Assembly (NCBI GenBank): GCA_030647955.1
Contig: JAUSIQ010000003.1
Span: 2,111 to 66,110 of the forward strand
Direction: 5' to 3'
DNA length: 64,000 nt
Source of the DNA: a bacterium
Lineage (GTDB): Bacteria; Patescibacteriota; Minisyncoccia; 2-02-FULL-40-12; IGHO2-12-FULL-4
Position numbers and translations under genes: made by a program
Notes under the pieces: model-generated
What the model saw: the letters and a program-made list of their open reading frames with translations, nothing else
Told to the model about the DNA's origin: nothing
Database searches by the model: none
Shown here: one piece after another, positions 10,017 through 19,196 of the stretch
Layout: each line of letters starts with the position of its first letter
Numbering within the stretch: position 1 is the stretch's first letter

Positions 10017-10045
10017 TTGACTTTACTAAATAAAATCCTTATAAT
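10017..10045 (+). promoter_or_regulatory. Sigma70 promoter of metG operon
   Basis: TTGACT-17 bp-TATAAT. Confidence 0.75.
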
Positions 10046-10062
10046 TTAATGGATTTTCGATT

Positions 10063-11625
10063 ATGTCCAATAAATATTTTATTACAACTGCGATTCCGTA
10101 TGTAAATGCTAACCCGCATCTGGGCCATGCTTTAGAATTGGTGCAAGGCGATGCTTTAGCGCGGTATCAGCACAATCTAGGAAAAGAAGTCTGGTTTCTG
10201 AATGGCACCGACGAAAATGCCTTGAAAAATGTGCAGTCGGCGGAAAAAGCCGGAGAAGAAGTTAGGCCATTTGTGGATCGCTACGCGGAAACTTTCAGAA
10301 AACTTAGCAAGACCCTCCATATTTCTAATGATGATTTTATCCGCACCACCGAAGAGCGGCATGTTAAAGGTGCGCAAAAACTTTGGCAGGCGTGTGCCGC
10401 GGCCGGAGATATTTATAAAAAGAAATACAAAGGGCTTTACTGTGTGGGCTGTGAAACTTTTTACACCGAAAAAGATTTATTGAATGGCCTTTGTCCTGAA
10501 CATAAAACGAAGCCGGAGGAAATCGAAGAAGAAAATTATTTCTTTAAGCTCGCGAAATATCAAAAAGAAATTTACAAATTAATTAAAAGCGATGAGCTGA
10601 AAATTATTCCTTCGTCCAAGAAAAACGAATTACTTTCTTTCATTGATCAAGGTTTGGAAGATTTTAGTATTTCACGCAGCCGAGAAAGGGCTAAGGATTG
10701 GGGTATTCCGGTTCCGGGAGACGACTCCCAGATTATTTACGTTTGGTTCGATGCTCTGTCGAATTACATTAATGCCATTGGTTACGGAACGGACGAGGCG
10801 AGGTTCAAAGCTTGGTGGCAGGAGAATTTAAATACCGCTCACGTGATTGGGAAGGGCATTACTCGATTTCATGCTATCTACTGGCCGGGTATGCTTTTAT
10901 CGGCAGGGTTGGCTTTGCCTAAAACAATTTATGTTCACGGCTATTTGACGATCGACGGAGAAAAAATCTCCAAGTCTTTGGGTAATGTGATCGATCCGTT
11001 TGAAGTGGTTAAAAAATACGGAGTTGATCCGGTGCGATATTTCTTATTGCGGGAAATTCCTTCTGGGGAAGATGGCGATTTCTCTTACAAGAAACTGGAG
11101 GACCGTTATCAGGCGGATTTAGCCAACGGGCTGGGTAATTTGGTACAGAGAGTTCTGACGCTGATCGAGAATGGTTTACTGGGTGAGGTGAACTATCTAA
11201 GTAATTTGGAGGACTTGGCTGTGCAGGAAGCGATTGTTAAAAGCAGAAAAAAATATGACGAAAGCTTTGAGGATTTTCGTTTACACGAGGCTTTGGGAGC
11301 AATATTTGATCTAGTCGGCTTTGCAAATAGCTATGTCAATGAGCACAAGCCTTGGGAGCTGGTTAAAATTCACCCCGTCAAATCCAGCGAAGCTGGTGCG
11401 CCAAAGGCGCAATTTGACGGGGCAAGCCCCGAACACTTCTTGAAAGTAATGATTAATCTGGTCAGGTTGAATTTAGAGATTGCGTTGTGGCTAAAACCAT
11501 TTTTACCGGAAACGGCCGATAAGATTTTAGAATCATTTGGATTCACGGGGAAAGATTTAGATCACCTTGATCATCAGAAATTAGTTATTAAAAAAGGAGC
11601 CGGACTCTTTCCGCGTCTAGGATAA
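10063..11625 (+). CDS. metG: Methionyl-tRNA synthetase
   Basis: ITTAIPYVNANPHLGH, YVWFDAL, KISKSLGN. Confidence 0.97.
   Translation: MSNKYFITTAIPYVNANPHLGHALELVQGDALARYQHNLGKEVWFLNGTDENALKNVQSAEKAGEEVRPFVDRYAETFRKLSKTLHISNDDFIRTTEERHVKGAQKLWQACAAAGDIYKKKYKGLYCVGCETFYTEKDLLNGLCPEHKTKPEEIEEENYFFKLAKYQKEIYKLIKSDELKIIPSSKKNELLSFIDQGLEDFSISRSRERAKDWGIPVPGDDSQIIYVWFDALSNYINAIGYGTDEARFKAWWQENLNTAHVIGKGITRFHAIYWPGMLLSAGLALPKTIYVHGYLTIDGEKISKSLGNVIDPFEVVKKYGVDPVRYFLLREIPSGEDGDFSYKKLEDRYQADLANGLGNLVQRVLTLIENGLLGEVNYLSNLEDLAVQEAIVKSRKKYDESFEDFRLHEALGAIFDLVGFANSYVNEHKPWELVKIHPVKSSEAGAPKAQFDGASPEHFLKVMINLVRLNLEIALWLKPFLPETADKILESFGFTGKDLDHLDHQKLVIKKGAGLFPRLG
11373..11422. repeat. Three-way palindromic element inserted in frame in metG
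   Basis: CCCCGTCAAAT/ATTTGACGGGG stem enclosing CCAGC-GAA-GCTGG and GCGCC-AAA-GGCGC. Confidence 0.85.
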
Positions 11626-12428
11626 TGTATATCGATTCTCATTCTCATCCACAATTTCCTCAATACGATCAGGACCGAGAGGAAATGATTACGCGCACCC
11701 TGCAAAGGGGTGTAAAAATGATTTGTGTAGGTACGGATTTGGAAATGTCTAAGAAGGCAGTGGAGTTGGCGGAGGGACAAGAAGGAATTTGGGCGAGTGT
11801 TGGTCTTCATCCTAATGATAATCTCGACGAGGTATTGGATATAGAAGAATATCGAAAACTTTTGGTGCATCCGAAAGTGGTGGCAGTGGGGGAGGTGGGT
11901 TTGGATTATTTTCGCACTACCGGGGAAGAAAATATTTTTAAGCAAAAAGATCGTTTTATTAAATTCTTAGAGCTTTCCAGGGAATCAGGCAAGCCGCTCA
12001 TTCTGCACTGTCGAGAAGCTTATCAAGACATGTTAGAAATGATCAGCTCAGCTGGAACACTGTTTGGCGGGTCGGCAGTGCGGGGAGTGTTGCATTCATT
12101 CACCTCTACTTGGGAAGTAGCTCAAAAATTTATTGATCTCGGTTTCTACATTGGTCTCAATGGCATTATTACCTTCCCTCCTTCGCGTAAAGCTACGGAA
12201 GGGCAAGCACCGAGCAGTTTAGATGAGGTAATAAAAAATATCCCCTTAGACAAATTACTTTTGGAAACCGATGCTCCGTATCTTTCTCCGATTCCGCATC
12301 GGGGAAAGAGAAATGAATCCAGTTACATAGAATTTGTGGCACAAAAAATCGCCCAAATGAAGGGCGAGTCCGTAGAAAAGGTGGCCGAAGAAACCACCAA
12401 GAATACTAAAAAATTATTTGGTATCTAG
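11625..12428 (+). CDS. tatD: TatD family deoxyribonuclease
   Basis: IDSHSH, VGLHP, GEVGLDY, LHCR, LHSF, LLETDAPYL. Confidence 0.95.
   Translation: MYIDSHSHPQFPQYDQDREEMITRTLQRGVKMICVGTDLEMSKKAVELAEGQEGIWASVGLHPNDNLDEVLDIEEYRKLLVHPKVVAVGEVGLDYFRTTGEENIFKQKDRFIKFLELSRESGKPLILHCREAYQDMLEMISSAGTLFGGSAVRGVLHSFTSTWEVAQKFIDLGFYIGLNGIITFPPSRKATEGQAPSSLDEVIKNIPLDKLLLETDAPYLSPIPHRGKRNESSYIEFVAQKIAQMKGESVEKVAEETTKNTKKLFGI
12176..12207. repeat. ~30-bp hairpin element in frame in tatD
   Basis: CCCTCCTTCGCGTAAAGCTACGGAAGGGCAAG, similar to 24716-24745. Confidence 0.75.
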
Positions 12429-12473
12429 ATTTGTAAAAGAGTCTAAAATCTCTTAAGATTTCAATATATCGTC

Positions 12474-14813
12474 ATGAAGTATAATCCCTCCAAAATTGAA
12501 AAAAAATGGCAGAAGACTTGGTTAAAAGAAGGAGTCTACGAGCCGAATTTTAAAAATCCCCGAGAGAAGGGTAAATTTTATAATCTAATGATGTTTCCTT
12601 ATCCTTCGGCCGAAGGGTTACACGTGGGAAATATGTACGCCTTCACGGGCAGTGATATTTACGGCCGCTTCAAGAGAATGGCGGGGCACGATGTTCTGGA
12701 GCCGATCGGGTTGGATGGTTTTGGGATTCACTCTGAAAATTACGCTATCAAAGTTGGAACGCATCCGGCGGATCAGACTAAAAAAAGCGAGAAAAACTTT
12801 TATCGCCAGCTGACGGAAATTGGCAATGGTTTTGCCTGGAAAGAAAAACTGGAAACTTATGATCCCGAATATTACAAATGGACGCAATGGCTTTTCATCC
12901 AAATGTTTAAAAACGGTTTGGTTTATCGCAAGAAGCAGCCGGTCAATTGGTGTCCTTCGTGTAAGACGGTTTTGGCGGACGAGCAGGTTATTCTTGCCCA
13001 TCGAAACCTTGGCGAAGTTGGGGGCGGAGAGTGTGAGCGGTGTGGAACGAAAGTAATTAAAAAAGATTTGGAGCAGTGGTTTTTCAAAATTACCGATTAT
13101 GCGGAGAGGCTTTTGAATAACTTGGAAGATATTGATTGGTCGGAAAAAATTAAAGTGGCCCAAAGAGCCTGGATTGGGAAAAGCGAAGGAGCGCTTTTGA
13201 AATTTTCGATTGCTAAATCTCAATCTGTTATCGATGTTTTTACGACCAGGGCAGATACTTTATACGGCGCAACTTATATGGTTTTAGCTCCAGAGCACCC
13301 TTTGGTTAATGAGCTTAAGTCGCAAATTACGAATTGGGATGAGGTGCAGGCTTATCGAGAAAAGGCCAAAGGCAAAACCGATATCGAGCGTACCGCGGAG
13401 GGCAAAGAAAAAACCGGTGTGGAACTGAAGGGAATCAAAGCGATTAATCCTGCCAATAATCAGGAAATTTCAGTGTGGATTGCGGATTATGTTTTAGCTG
13501 GTTATGGAACGGGAGCAATTATGGCGGTGCCTCAACACGATGAGCGGGATGCGGAATTTGCTAAGAAATTTGATCTGCCGTTCAGTGATGCGCCGTTAGT
13601 AGCTGTGGACGAAATTGTTAAAAAAGTTAGCGGCAAAAAAATTACGCAATATAGGTTACGTGATTGGTTGATTAGTCGTCAGCGCTATTGGGGTCCGCCC
13701 ATTCCGATGATTCATTGCGAGAAATGTGGCTGGCAGCCCGTACCGGAAAAAGATTTGCCTGTGAAGCTTCCTAAAATTGAAGATTTCAGACCAACCGGAA
13801 CCGATCAGTCTCCGTTAGCTTCGGTTGAAAAATTCTATAAAACGAAATGTCCAAACTGTAAGGGTGAGGCTCGAAGAGAAACGGATGTTTCCGATACTTT
13901 CTTGGATTCCGCGTGGTATTACCTACGTTATCCTTCAGCGAATCACAAAGAAGAAGCATTCGACCCTGACGTTACGAAAAAGTGGTTGCCGGTAGATATG
14001 TATATTGGTGGAGCGGAGCATGCCGTTTTGCATTTGCTCTATGTGCGCTTCGTGGCTATGGCTTTGCATGATTGGGGATTCTTAAATTTCGAGGAGCCGA
14101 TGACGCGCTTCCGAGCTCACGGACTGATCATTAAAGATGGAGCGAAGATGTCCAAGTCCAAGGGTAACGTGGTTAATCCCGATGAATATATTAAAAAATA
14201 TGGAGCGGATGCCCTGAGAATGTATCTAATGTTTTTAGGACCATTTGAACAGGGTGGTGATTTTCGCGATGAAGGCGTGGCCGGAATTACCCGCTTTTTG
14301 AACCGAGTATGGGCGTTAATAGATAAGGTGCAGAAAGAGGATGTCGCTGAAATTCAAAAAACGCTTCATCAAACTATTAAAAAAGTTACTGAAGATATCG
14401 AAGGCCTGCATTACAATACGGCTATTAGTCAGTTGATGATTTTGCTGCGAGAGATAGAGGATGTGGAAGTGATTTCTAGGTCGCAGTTCGAAATGGTCTT
14501 AAAGCTTTTGGCTCCTTTCGCCCCGCATATCACGGAAGAAATTTGGCGGACGGTATTAAAGAATAAAAAATCAATTCACCTGGAAGCGTGGCCGGAGTAT
14601 AACACTAAACACTTGGTAGAGAAGACGGCTAACCTGGTACTGCAAATTAACGGGAAAACTCGAGAGGTCATGGTTGTTGACCGGGATTTGTCTGAAGCTC
14701 AAGTAAAGGAGCTGGTTTTAGCTTCGGAAAAAATGCAAAGACATTTGGACGGGAAGACTATTAAGAAGTTTATTTACTTACCAAATCGATTGGTCAATAT
14801 TGTGACGGAGTGA
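12474..14813 (+). CDS. leuS: Leucyl-tRNA synthetase
   Basis: MFPYPSAEGLHVGN, TTRADTL, LRDWLISRQRYWG, KMSKSKGN. Confidence 0.97.
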   Translation: MKYNPSKIEKKWQKTWLKEGVYEPNFKNPREKGKFYNLMMFPYPSAEGLHVGNMYAFTGSDIYGRFKRMAGHDVLEPIGLDGFGIHSENYAIKVGTHPADQTKKSEKNFYRQLTEIGNGFAWKEKLETYDPEYYKWTQWLFIQMFKNGLVYRKKQPVNWCPSCKTVLADEQVILAHRNLGEVGGGECERCGTKVIKKDLEQWFFKITDYAERLLNNLEDIDWSEKIKVAQRAWIGKSEGALLKFSIAKSQSVIDVFTTRADTLYGATYMVLAPEHPLVNELKSQITNWDEVQAYREKAKGKTDIERTAEGKEKTGVELKGIKAINPANNQEISVWIADYVLAGYGTGAIMAVPQHDERDAEFAKKFDLPFSDAPLVAVDEIVKKVSGKKITQYRLRDWLISRQRYWGPPIPMIHCEKCGWQPVPEKDLPVKLPKIEDFRPTGTDQSPLASVEKFYKTKCPNCKGEARRETDVSDTFLDSAWYYLRYPSANHKEEAFDPDVTKKWLPVDMYIGGAEHAVLHLLYVRFVAMALHDWGFLNFEEPMTRFRAHGLIIKDGAKMSKSKGNVVNPDEYIKKYGADALRMYLMFLGPFEQGGDFRDEGVAGITRFLNRVWALIDKVQKEDVAEIQKTLHQTIKKVTEDIEGLHYNTAISQLMILLREIEDVEVISRSQFEMVLKLLAPFAPHITEEIWRTVLKNKKSIHLEAWPEYNTKHLVEKTANLVLQINGKTREVMVVDRDLSEAQVKELVLASEKMQRHLDGKTIKKFIYLPNRLVNIVTE
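12993..13022. repeat. ~30-bp hairpin element (degenerate) in frame in leuS
   Basis: CTTGCCCATCGAAACCTTGGCGAAGTTGGG encodes LAHRNLGEVG, resembling the topA insertion LARRSLGEGG. Confidence 0.75.
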
Positions 14814-14834
14814 TAAAGATGTTATCTAGAATAC

Positions 14835-15782
14835 ATGCAAAAGAGGATCGTCACAATCGGAGGAGGGACCGGTACTTATGTCGTGCTCTCGGCACTGAAG
14901 AATTTTGATTTTGATTTGAGTGCCATCGTCTCGATGGCCGATGACGGTGGATCGACCGGGCGACTTCGAGATGATTATGGGGTTTTGCCCCCTGGTGATA
15001 TCCGTCGCTCTCTGATCGCTCTCTCTGCTACTAGTAAGCCCTTACGTAAACTATTTGATTTCCGATTTGAAAACGGAGATCTGGACGGGCACAACTTCGG
15101 CAATCTTTTTTTAAGTGCTTTAGAAAAAATTGAGGGAAGTTTTCATAATGCAGTGCGTACCGCTTCCCAGGTGTTAAATGTGAAAGGAAGAGTAATTCCG
15201 GTGACTTTAAGTAATGTGCGTTTGTGCGCCGAATTGGAAAATGGGGAAGTGGTCACGGGGGAAACTAATATTGATATTCCTCGCCACAATTCCAAATTAA
15301 AAATTAAAAAAATATTTCTTCAGCCCGCGGCCAAATCCAATCGTGACGCCCTGCTCGCCATTCAGAAAGCGGATTTGATCATTATTGGCCCCGGAGATCT
15401 GTACACTAGTATTTTGCCCAATTTTTTGGTGAATGGCATGGTAAAAGCGATAAAAAATTCCAGAGCGCGAAAGATCTATCTTTGTAATCTTATGACCAAA
15501 AATGGAGAAACTAACGGCTTTTCCGTGATAGAATTTTTAGGAGTAATAGAAAATTACCTGGGTAAAGATGTGATTGACTATGTTCTGGTCAATGCCAAAA
15601 AACCGGGTGCGGTGCGGCTCAAGAGATATGCAGAAGAAAACGCGGAGCTGGTTACTTTGGCTAAAGACTATAAAGAACAGCTCAATAAAACGGCTATCCT
15701 GAAAGTGGATCTACTGACTAAAAGCGGATTGATTCGTCACGATACTAAAAAACTAGCCAATAAGATTTTGAACCTGTTATAG
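14835..15782 (+). CDS. yvcK: YvcK/GlmR (UPF0052) family protein
   Basis: IGGGTG, MADDGGSTGRLR, PPGDIR, GHNFGNL, GPGDLYTSILPN. Confidence 0.92.
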   Translation: MQKRIVTIGGGTGTYVVLSALKNFDFDLSAIVSMADDGGSTGRLRDDYGVLPPGDIRRSLIALSATSKPLRKLFDFRFENGDLDGHNFGNLFLSALEKIEGSFHNAVRTASQVLNVKGRVIPVTLSNVRLCAELENGEVVTGETNIDIPRHNSKLKIKKIFLQPAAKSNRDALLAIQKADLIIIGPGDLYTSILPNFLVNGMVKAIKNSRARKIYLCNLMTKNGETNGFSVIEFLGVIENYLGKDVIDYVLVNAKKPGAVRLKRYAEENAELVTLAKDYKEQLNKTAILKVDLLTKSGLIRHDTKKLANKILNLL

Positions 15783-16432
15783 TGAAAATTATTAAAGTAG
15801 ATCTTAATAAGAATTACGACGAGGCGATTGCCGAAGCATGTCGAGTGCTCCACTTGGGAGGAGTGGTGGTTTATCCTACCGATACAGTTTACGGCCTGGG
15901 AGCGAATGCTTGTGATAATTTAGCGGTTGATCAGGTTTTTAAAATAAAGAAGCGCTCATATACCAAGCCGTTGCCAGTAGTAGCTAGAAATCTCGATTGG
16001 GTTAAAGAGCTGGTCTATATCGACTCTCGCAATCGGAGAGTGGTGGAATCCATCTGGCCAGGGGCGGTTACGGCTATTTTGCCGAAGCGAGATTATCTTT
16101 CCTCCCTGGTAACCGCTAAGGGCCTGTCAGTAGGAGTACGTATTCCCGATTTTCATTTAGTGGACAGGTTGCTAGGCAAATTCGGATATCCTCTAACGGC
16201 TACTTCAGCGAATATCTCCGGAGAAGAATCAACCAATGATATAGATAAAATTGTGGCGCGATTTGAGGGGCAAAGATATAGACCCAACTTAATTTTAGAC
16301 GCGGGTATTTTACCAAAGAGCCAGCCCTTCACGGTTTTGGATCTGACTGCTGATCAGCCGCGCATTTTAAGAGTAGGTCCATCGCGTCCAGAGCAGCTAT
16401 TAAAAATTTTAGGAATAAGTAAAAAGGAATGA
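15782..16432 (+). CDS. tsaC: Threonylcarbamoyl-AMP synthase (Sua5/YrdC/TsaC)
   Basis: YPTDTVYGLG, KKR...KPL, WPGAVT, TATSANISG. Confidence 0.93.
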   Translation: MKIIKVDLNKNYDEAIAEACRVLHLGGVVVYPTDTVYGLGANACDNLAVDQVFKIKKRSYTKPLPVVARNLDWVKELVYIDSRNRRVVESIWPGAVTAILPKRDYLSSLVTAKGLSVGVRIPDFHLVDRLLGKFGYPLTATSANISGEESTNDIDKIVARFEGQRYRPNLILDAGILPKSQPFTVLDLTADQPRILRVGPSRPEQLLKILGISKKE

Positions 16433-17340
16433 TTATTGATGGTAAGAAAATTGCAGAGGAAGTATTGGGCGAAGTCGCTAACGAAGTAAAAGTTACCCAG
16501 CAGCCGCTAAAGTTATTGGCGGTTTTGATTGGACAGCACCCAGGCAGTAAAAAGTTTTTGGAATTAAAGGGTAAGGCTGCTCAAAAAGTAGGTATTGAGT
16601 TTGAGATGCAGGAGTTTGGCGAGGATCTAACGGAGGGAGTTTTTCTTTCTCGACTAAAGACTCTAGTGGCTCAACCGAAGTATTCTGGGGTGTTAATTGA
16701 GCTACCCGTACCTAAAAGATATCCCACCGAAGCAGCTTTAAATGCGGTGCCTTTAGAAAAGGATGTAGATGTATTATCAGAGAAGGCCCAAAAGAATTTT
16801 TTCTCCGGCGATTTTTCTATTTTACCTCCGGCCGTGGAAGCGGTAAAAATTATTTTTGAAAAACATAATATTGATGTTCGTGGAAAGAAAGTGACTGTTT
16901 TTGGCCAAGGATTATTGGTGGGCAAGCCCATTGCTTATTGGCTTTATCAGCAGGGAGTGATGGTCTCGGTAGTCAATGAGTTTACTAAAAATCCTAAGCA
17001 ATATGCACAAACGGCGGATATTCTTATCTCCGGCGTAGGCAAGGCCCATCTTATCAAAGAGGACATGGTCAAAGAAGGGGCGATAGTGATCGATTTTGGC
17101 TATGAAAGGATAGAGGGTCCCGATTTTTCATCTCGCTTAAATAGAGATAGAAAAATCGAGGATCCTCGATTGCAAAGCAATCGGGAAAAAATGGTGGGGG
17201 ATGTTGATTTTGAAAAAATAAAAGACAGGGCCTCGTTAATTACTCCGGTTCCTGGTGGCGTGGGGCCCATTGTCATCGCGGCCGTTTTAAAAAATCTAGT
17301 GAAATTGGCCGGAAAAGAAAAACCCGCAGGGCGGGTTTAG
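16429..17340 (+). CDS. folD: Methylenetetrahydrofolate dehydrogenase/cyclohydrolase
   Basis: IIDGKKIA, EKDVD, LVGKP, IDFG, GDVDF, ITPVPGGVGP. Confidence 0.93.
   Translation: MIIDGKKIAEEVLGEVANEVKVTQQPLKLLAVLIGQHPGSKKFLELKGKAAQKVGIEFEMQEFGEDLTEGVFLSRLKTLVAQPKYSGVLIELPVPKRYPTEAALNAVPLEKDVDVLSEKAQKNFFSGDFSILPPAVEAVKIIFEKHNIDVRGKKVTVFGQGLLVGKPIAYWLYQQGVMVSVVNEFTKNPKQYAQTADILISGVGKAHLIKEDMVKEGAIVIDFGYERIEGPDFSSRLNRDRKIEDPRLQSNREKMVGDVDFEKIKDRASLITPVPGGVGPIVIAAVLKNLVKLAGKEKPAGRV
17118..17186. repeat. Double-hairpin palindromic insertion in frame in folD
   Basis: CGATTTTTC...GAAAAATCG with inner ATCTC/GAGAT, plus CTCGATTGC-AAA-GCAATCGGG. Confidence 0.75.
17320..17338. terminator. Terminator hairpin between convergent genes
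   Basis: AAACCCGC-AGG-GCGGGTTT. Confidence 0.55.
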
Positions 17341-19088
17341 CGGATACCTATACGTGCTTTTCTGAAGCGCCAGTATAAGTCCCAATTTTGATTAGAAGTT
17401 TTACTTTCTTTCGTTTTGGGCCGTTTTAAAGTCGGCTTGTTTAGCTCTTCGGCCGGCTGATTTTGTTCTCTCATTATAATCTCTCGGGCCTTGGCTTTGT
17501 AGGGCTCCAGGGCTGGATCGCTGCAGAGCGATGGCCGGTTGTCTACTGGCTTCACAATGCCGCAATCTTTCTGAATGCGCTCATCTTCTTTTTGTTCTTT
17601 GCGGGTGAGGGTTGGTCTATACTGTTTGCTTTGGCGCTCCTTGTCTTCGGCTTGTTCTATTTCTGTGGAAACGCATAGATGAGCCTTCATCTCTAGAAAA
17701 GCGGTGGAATTAGTAGCGTAACTTTCTTTAGGGGGTAGAAAGCTAGATTCGCGTAAAGCAGTAGTGATTCTTTTCGCGAAAGCCGGGTGAGTACGGAAGA
17801 ACGAGGTCTGACGAATGTAGCCATGGTCTCGACCCATTTTTTCAAAGAAGGTCATAAATGACATAGGGTCGTATCCAGTTTTCCAAACATACTGCATGCC
17901 CAGAGTATCTGCCTCGAGTTCAAAGGCGCGGCTGACTCCGAGAAAATTCAAGCTAATAAGCATACCTAATCCGGAAAAACCATATTGGATCAGGTAATAG
18001 CCCAAATAGCCTATCGGGATGAACATGATGGCCAACTGCGCTGCCTGCATGAAGTAGCTTATTAAGCGATCCTTTTTCATTAATCGATTAGTGTGTCTGG
18101 CGGCGACGTGAGCAAGTTCGTGAGCGATGACACCCGCGAGCTGAGCCTCTTCGTCCACCAGGAGCAATAATCCTTTGTTGATATTGATGATGCCGCCGGG
18201 TAAGGCGAAAGCATTCGGATCGTCTTCGGCCGAGATGAGGATGTTGTTCTCTTCCATGGGGATCTTTAGGTCGGAGTTCTTGGCGATGGTCTGCACTAAG
18301 CCGACAACGTAGCTTTTAATGGCCGGATTCTGGTATTGTTTTTGGCGCAATTCATCTAGAAAACGCTGGGCCTCGGGATCTTTCCAGATTTTGACATCCT
18401 CTCCGGCATTGCCAAATCCGAGGTCACGTAAGCCAATATTTTCTGGATTAGCAAAAAGCCGTTCGCTAGATTTACCGGAGGCGAGATCGGCTTTAATCAG
18501 TTTTGATTCCGCTGGCCAATTCGTCAGAATATCCAGATGGGTACCCAGTACTTCATAAAATGTTTTAATGTGCTCGCGCTTGGCTTTGAAGATGTCTTCG
18601 TTGGCTTTAAGTTCCCACTCTTTGGTCTGGCACCCCAGCTTCTTTTTTTGCTCTAAAAGATTTTGATAATCTGCGTCTTTGTCTAGCTGAGTATAGTCAA
18701 TGCGAGGTACTTTCCGAGGCTTGTTATCTTCGATGACGATCTCGTCACTGCGATACTTACTCTCAATCTTCGTCATCTTATTCGCAGCATCTTTAAGCTG
18801 ATTCTGTACTTCTTTTAACTTAGCTTTGTCGCTGGCGTGTTCGCTCTCTAAGGCTAATTTTTCAGCCTTCTCTTTCTCGTCAAATCGCTTCTGTTCCTTT
18901 TCGATTTCCTTGAGATCGTACTGCACCATTTCCGCCAAAGTAGTTGTTTCTAGAAAAGAATAGTTCTTATAGATTTCTTCAAAGGTGGGCGGCTTAAGTT
19001 GGCTCTTCTTTTGCGCCGCCAAATCGTATAAAGAAATGTGCATCAAAAATGCACTCAAAGTAAGCATAGCGATAACTTTTCTGAACAT
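17337..19088 (-). CDS. Secreted M48 family metalloprotease with N-terminal coiled coil
   Basis: NAFALPGG, AGVIAHELAHV, ELEAD, FFRTHP; likely start at 19088 (AAGGAG SD, signal peptide MFRKVIAMLTLSAFL). Confidence 0.85.
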   Translation of the reverse strand: MFRKVIAMLTLSAFLMHISLYDLAAQKKSQLKPPTFEEIYKNYSFLETTTLAEMVQYDLKEIEKEQKRFDEKEKAEKLALESEHASDKAKLKEVQNQLKDAANKMTKIESKYRSDEIVIEDNKPRKVPRIDYTQLDKDADYQNLLEQKKKLGCQTKEWELKANEDIFKAKREHIKTFYEVLGTHLDILTNWPAESKLIKADLASGKSSERLFANPENIGLRDLGFGNAGEDVKIWKDPEAQRFLDELRQKQYQNPAIKSYVVGLVQTIAKNSDLKIPMEENNILISAEDDPNAFALPGGIININKGLLLLVDEEAQLAGVIAHELAHVAARHTNRLMKKDRLISYFMQAAQLAIMFIPIGYLGYYLIQYGFSGLGMLISLNFLGVSRAFELEADTLGMQYVWKTGYDPMSFMTFFEKMGRDHGYIRQTSFFRTHPAFAKRITTALRESSFLPPKESYATNSTAFLEMKAHLCVSTEIEQAEDKERQSKQYRPTLTRKEQKEDERIQKDCGIVKPVDNRPSLCSDPALEPYKAKAREIIMREQNQPAEELNKPTLKRPKTKESKTSNQNWDLYWRFRKARIGIR

Positions 19089-19167
19089 GAGAACTCCTTT
19101 TTTAAAGATCTCTAATCTGCTTTTGATGATAGATCTTTGAAGGATGGGTGTCAAAATACGCCAAATT

Positions 19168-19193
19168 AAAAAGCGGTACGCTTTGTACCGCTT
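19168..19193 (-). terminator. Intrinsic terminator
   Basis: AAGCGGTAC-loop-GTACCGCTT with A-run (T-tract on the minus strand). Confidence 0.6.
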
Positions 19194-19196
19194 GCT

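Noticed and set aside
5842-14813. Genetic code 25 (TGA=Gly)
   Set aside because: TGA ends the M16 peptidase and leuS at their expected C-termini, and conserved genes have no internal TGA
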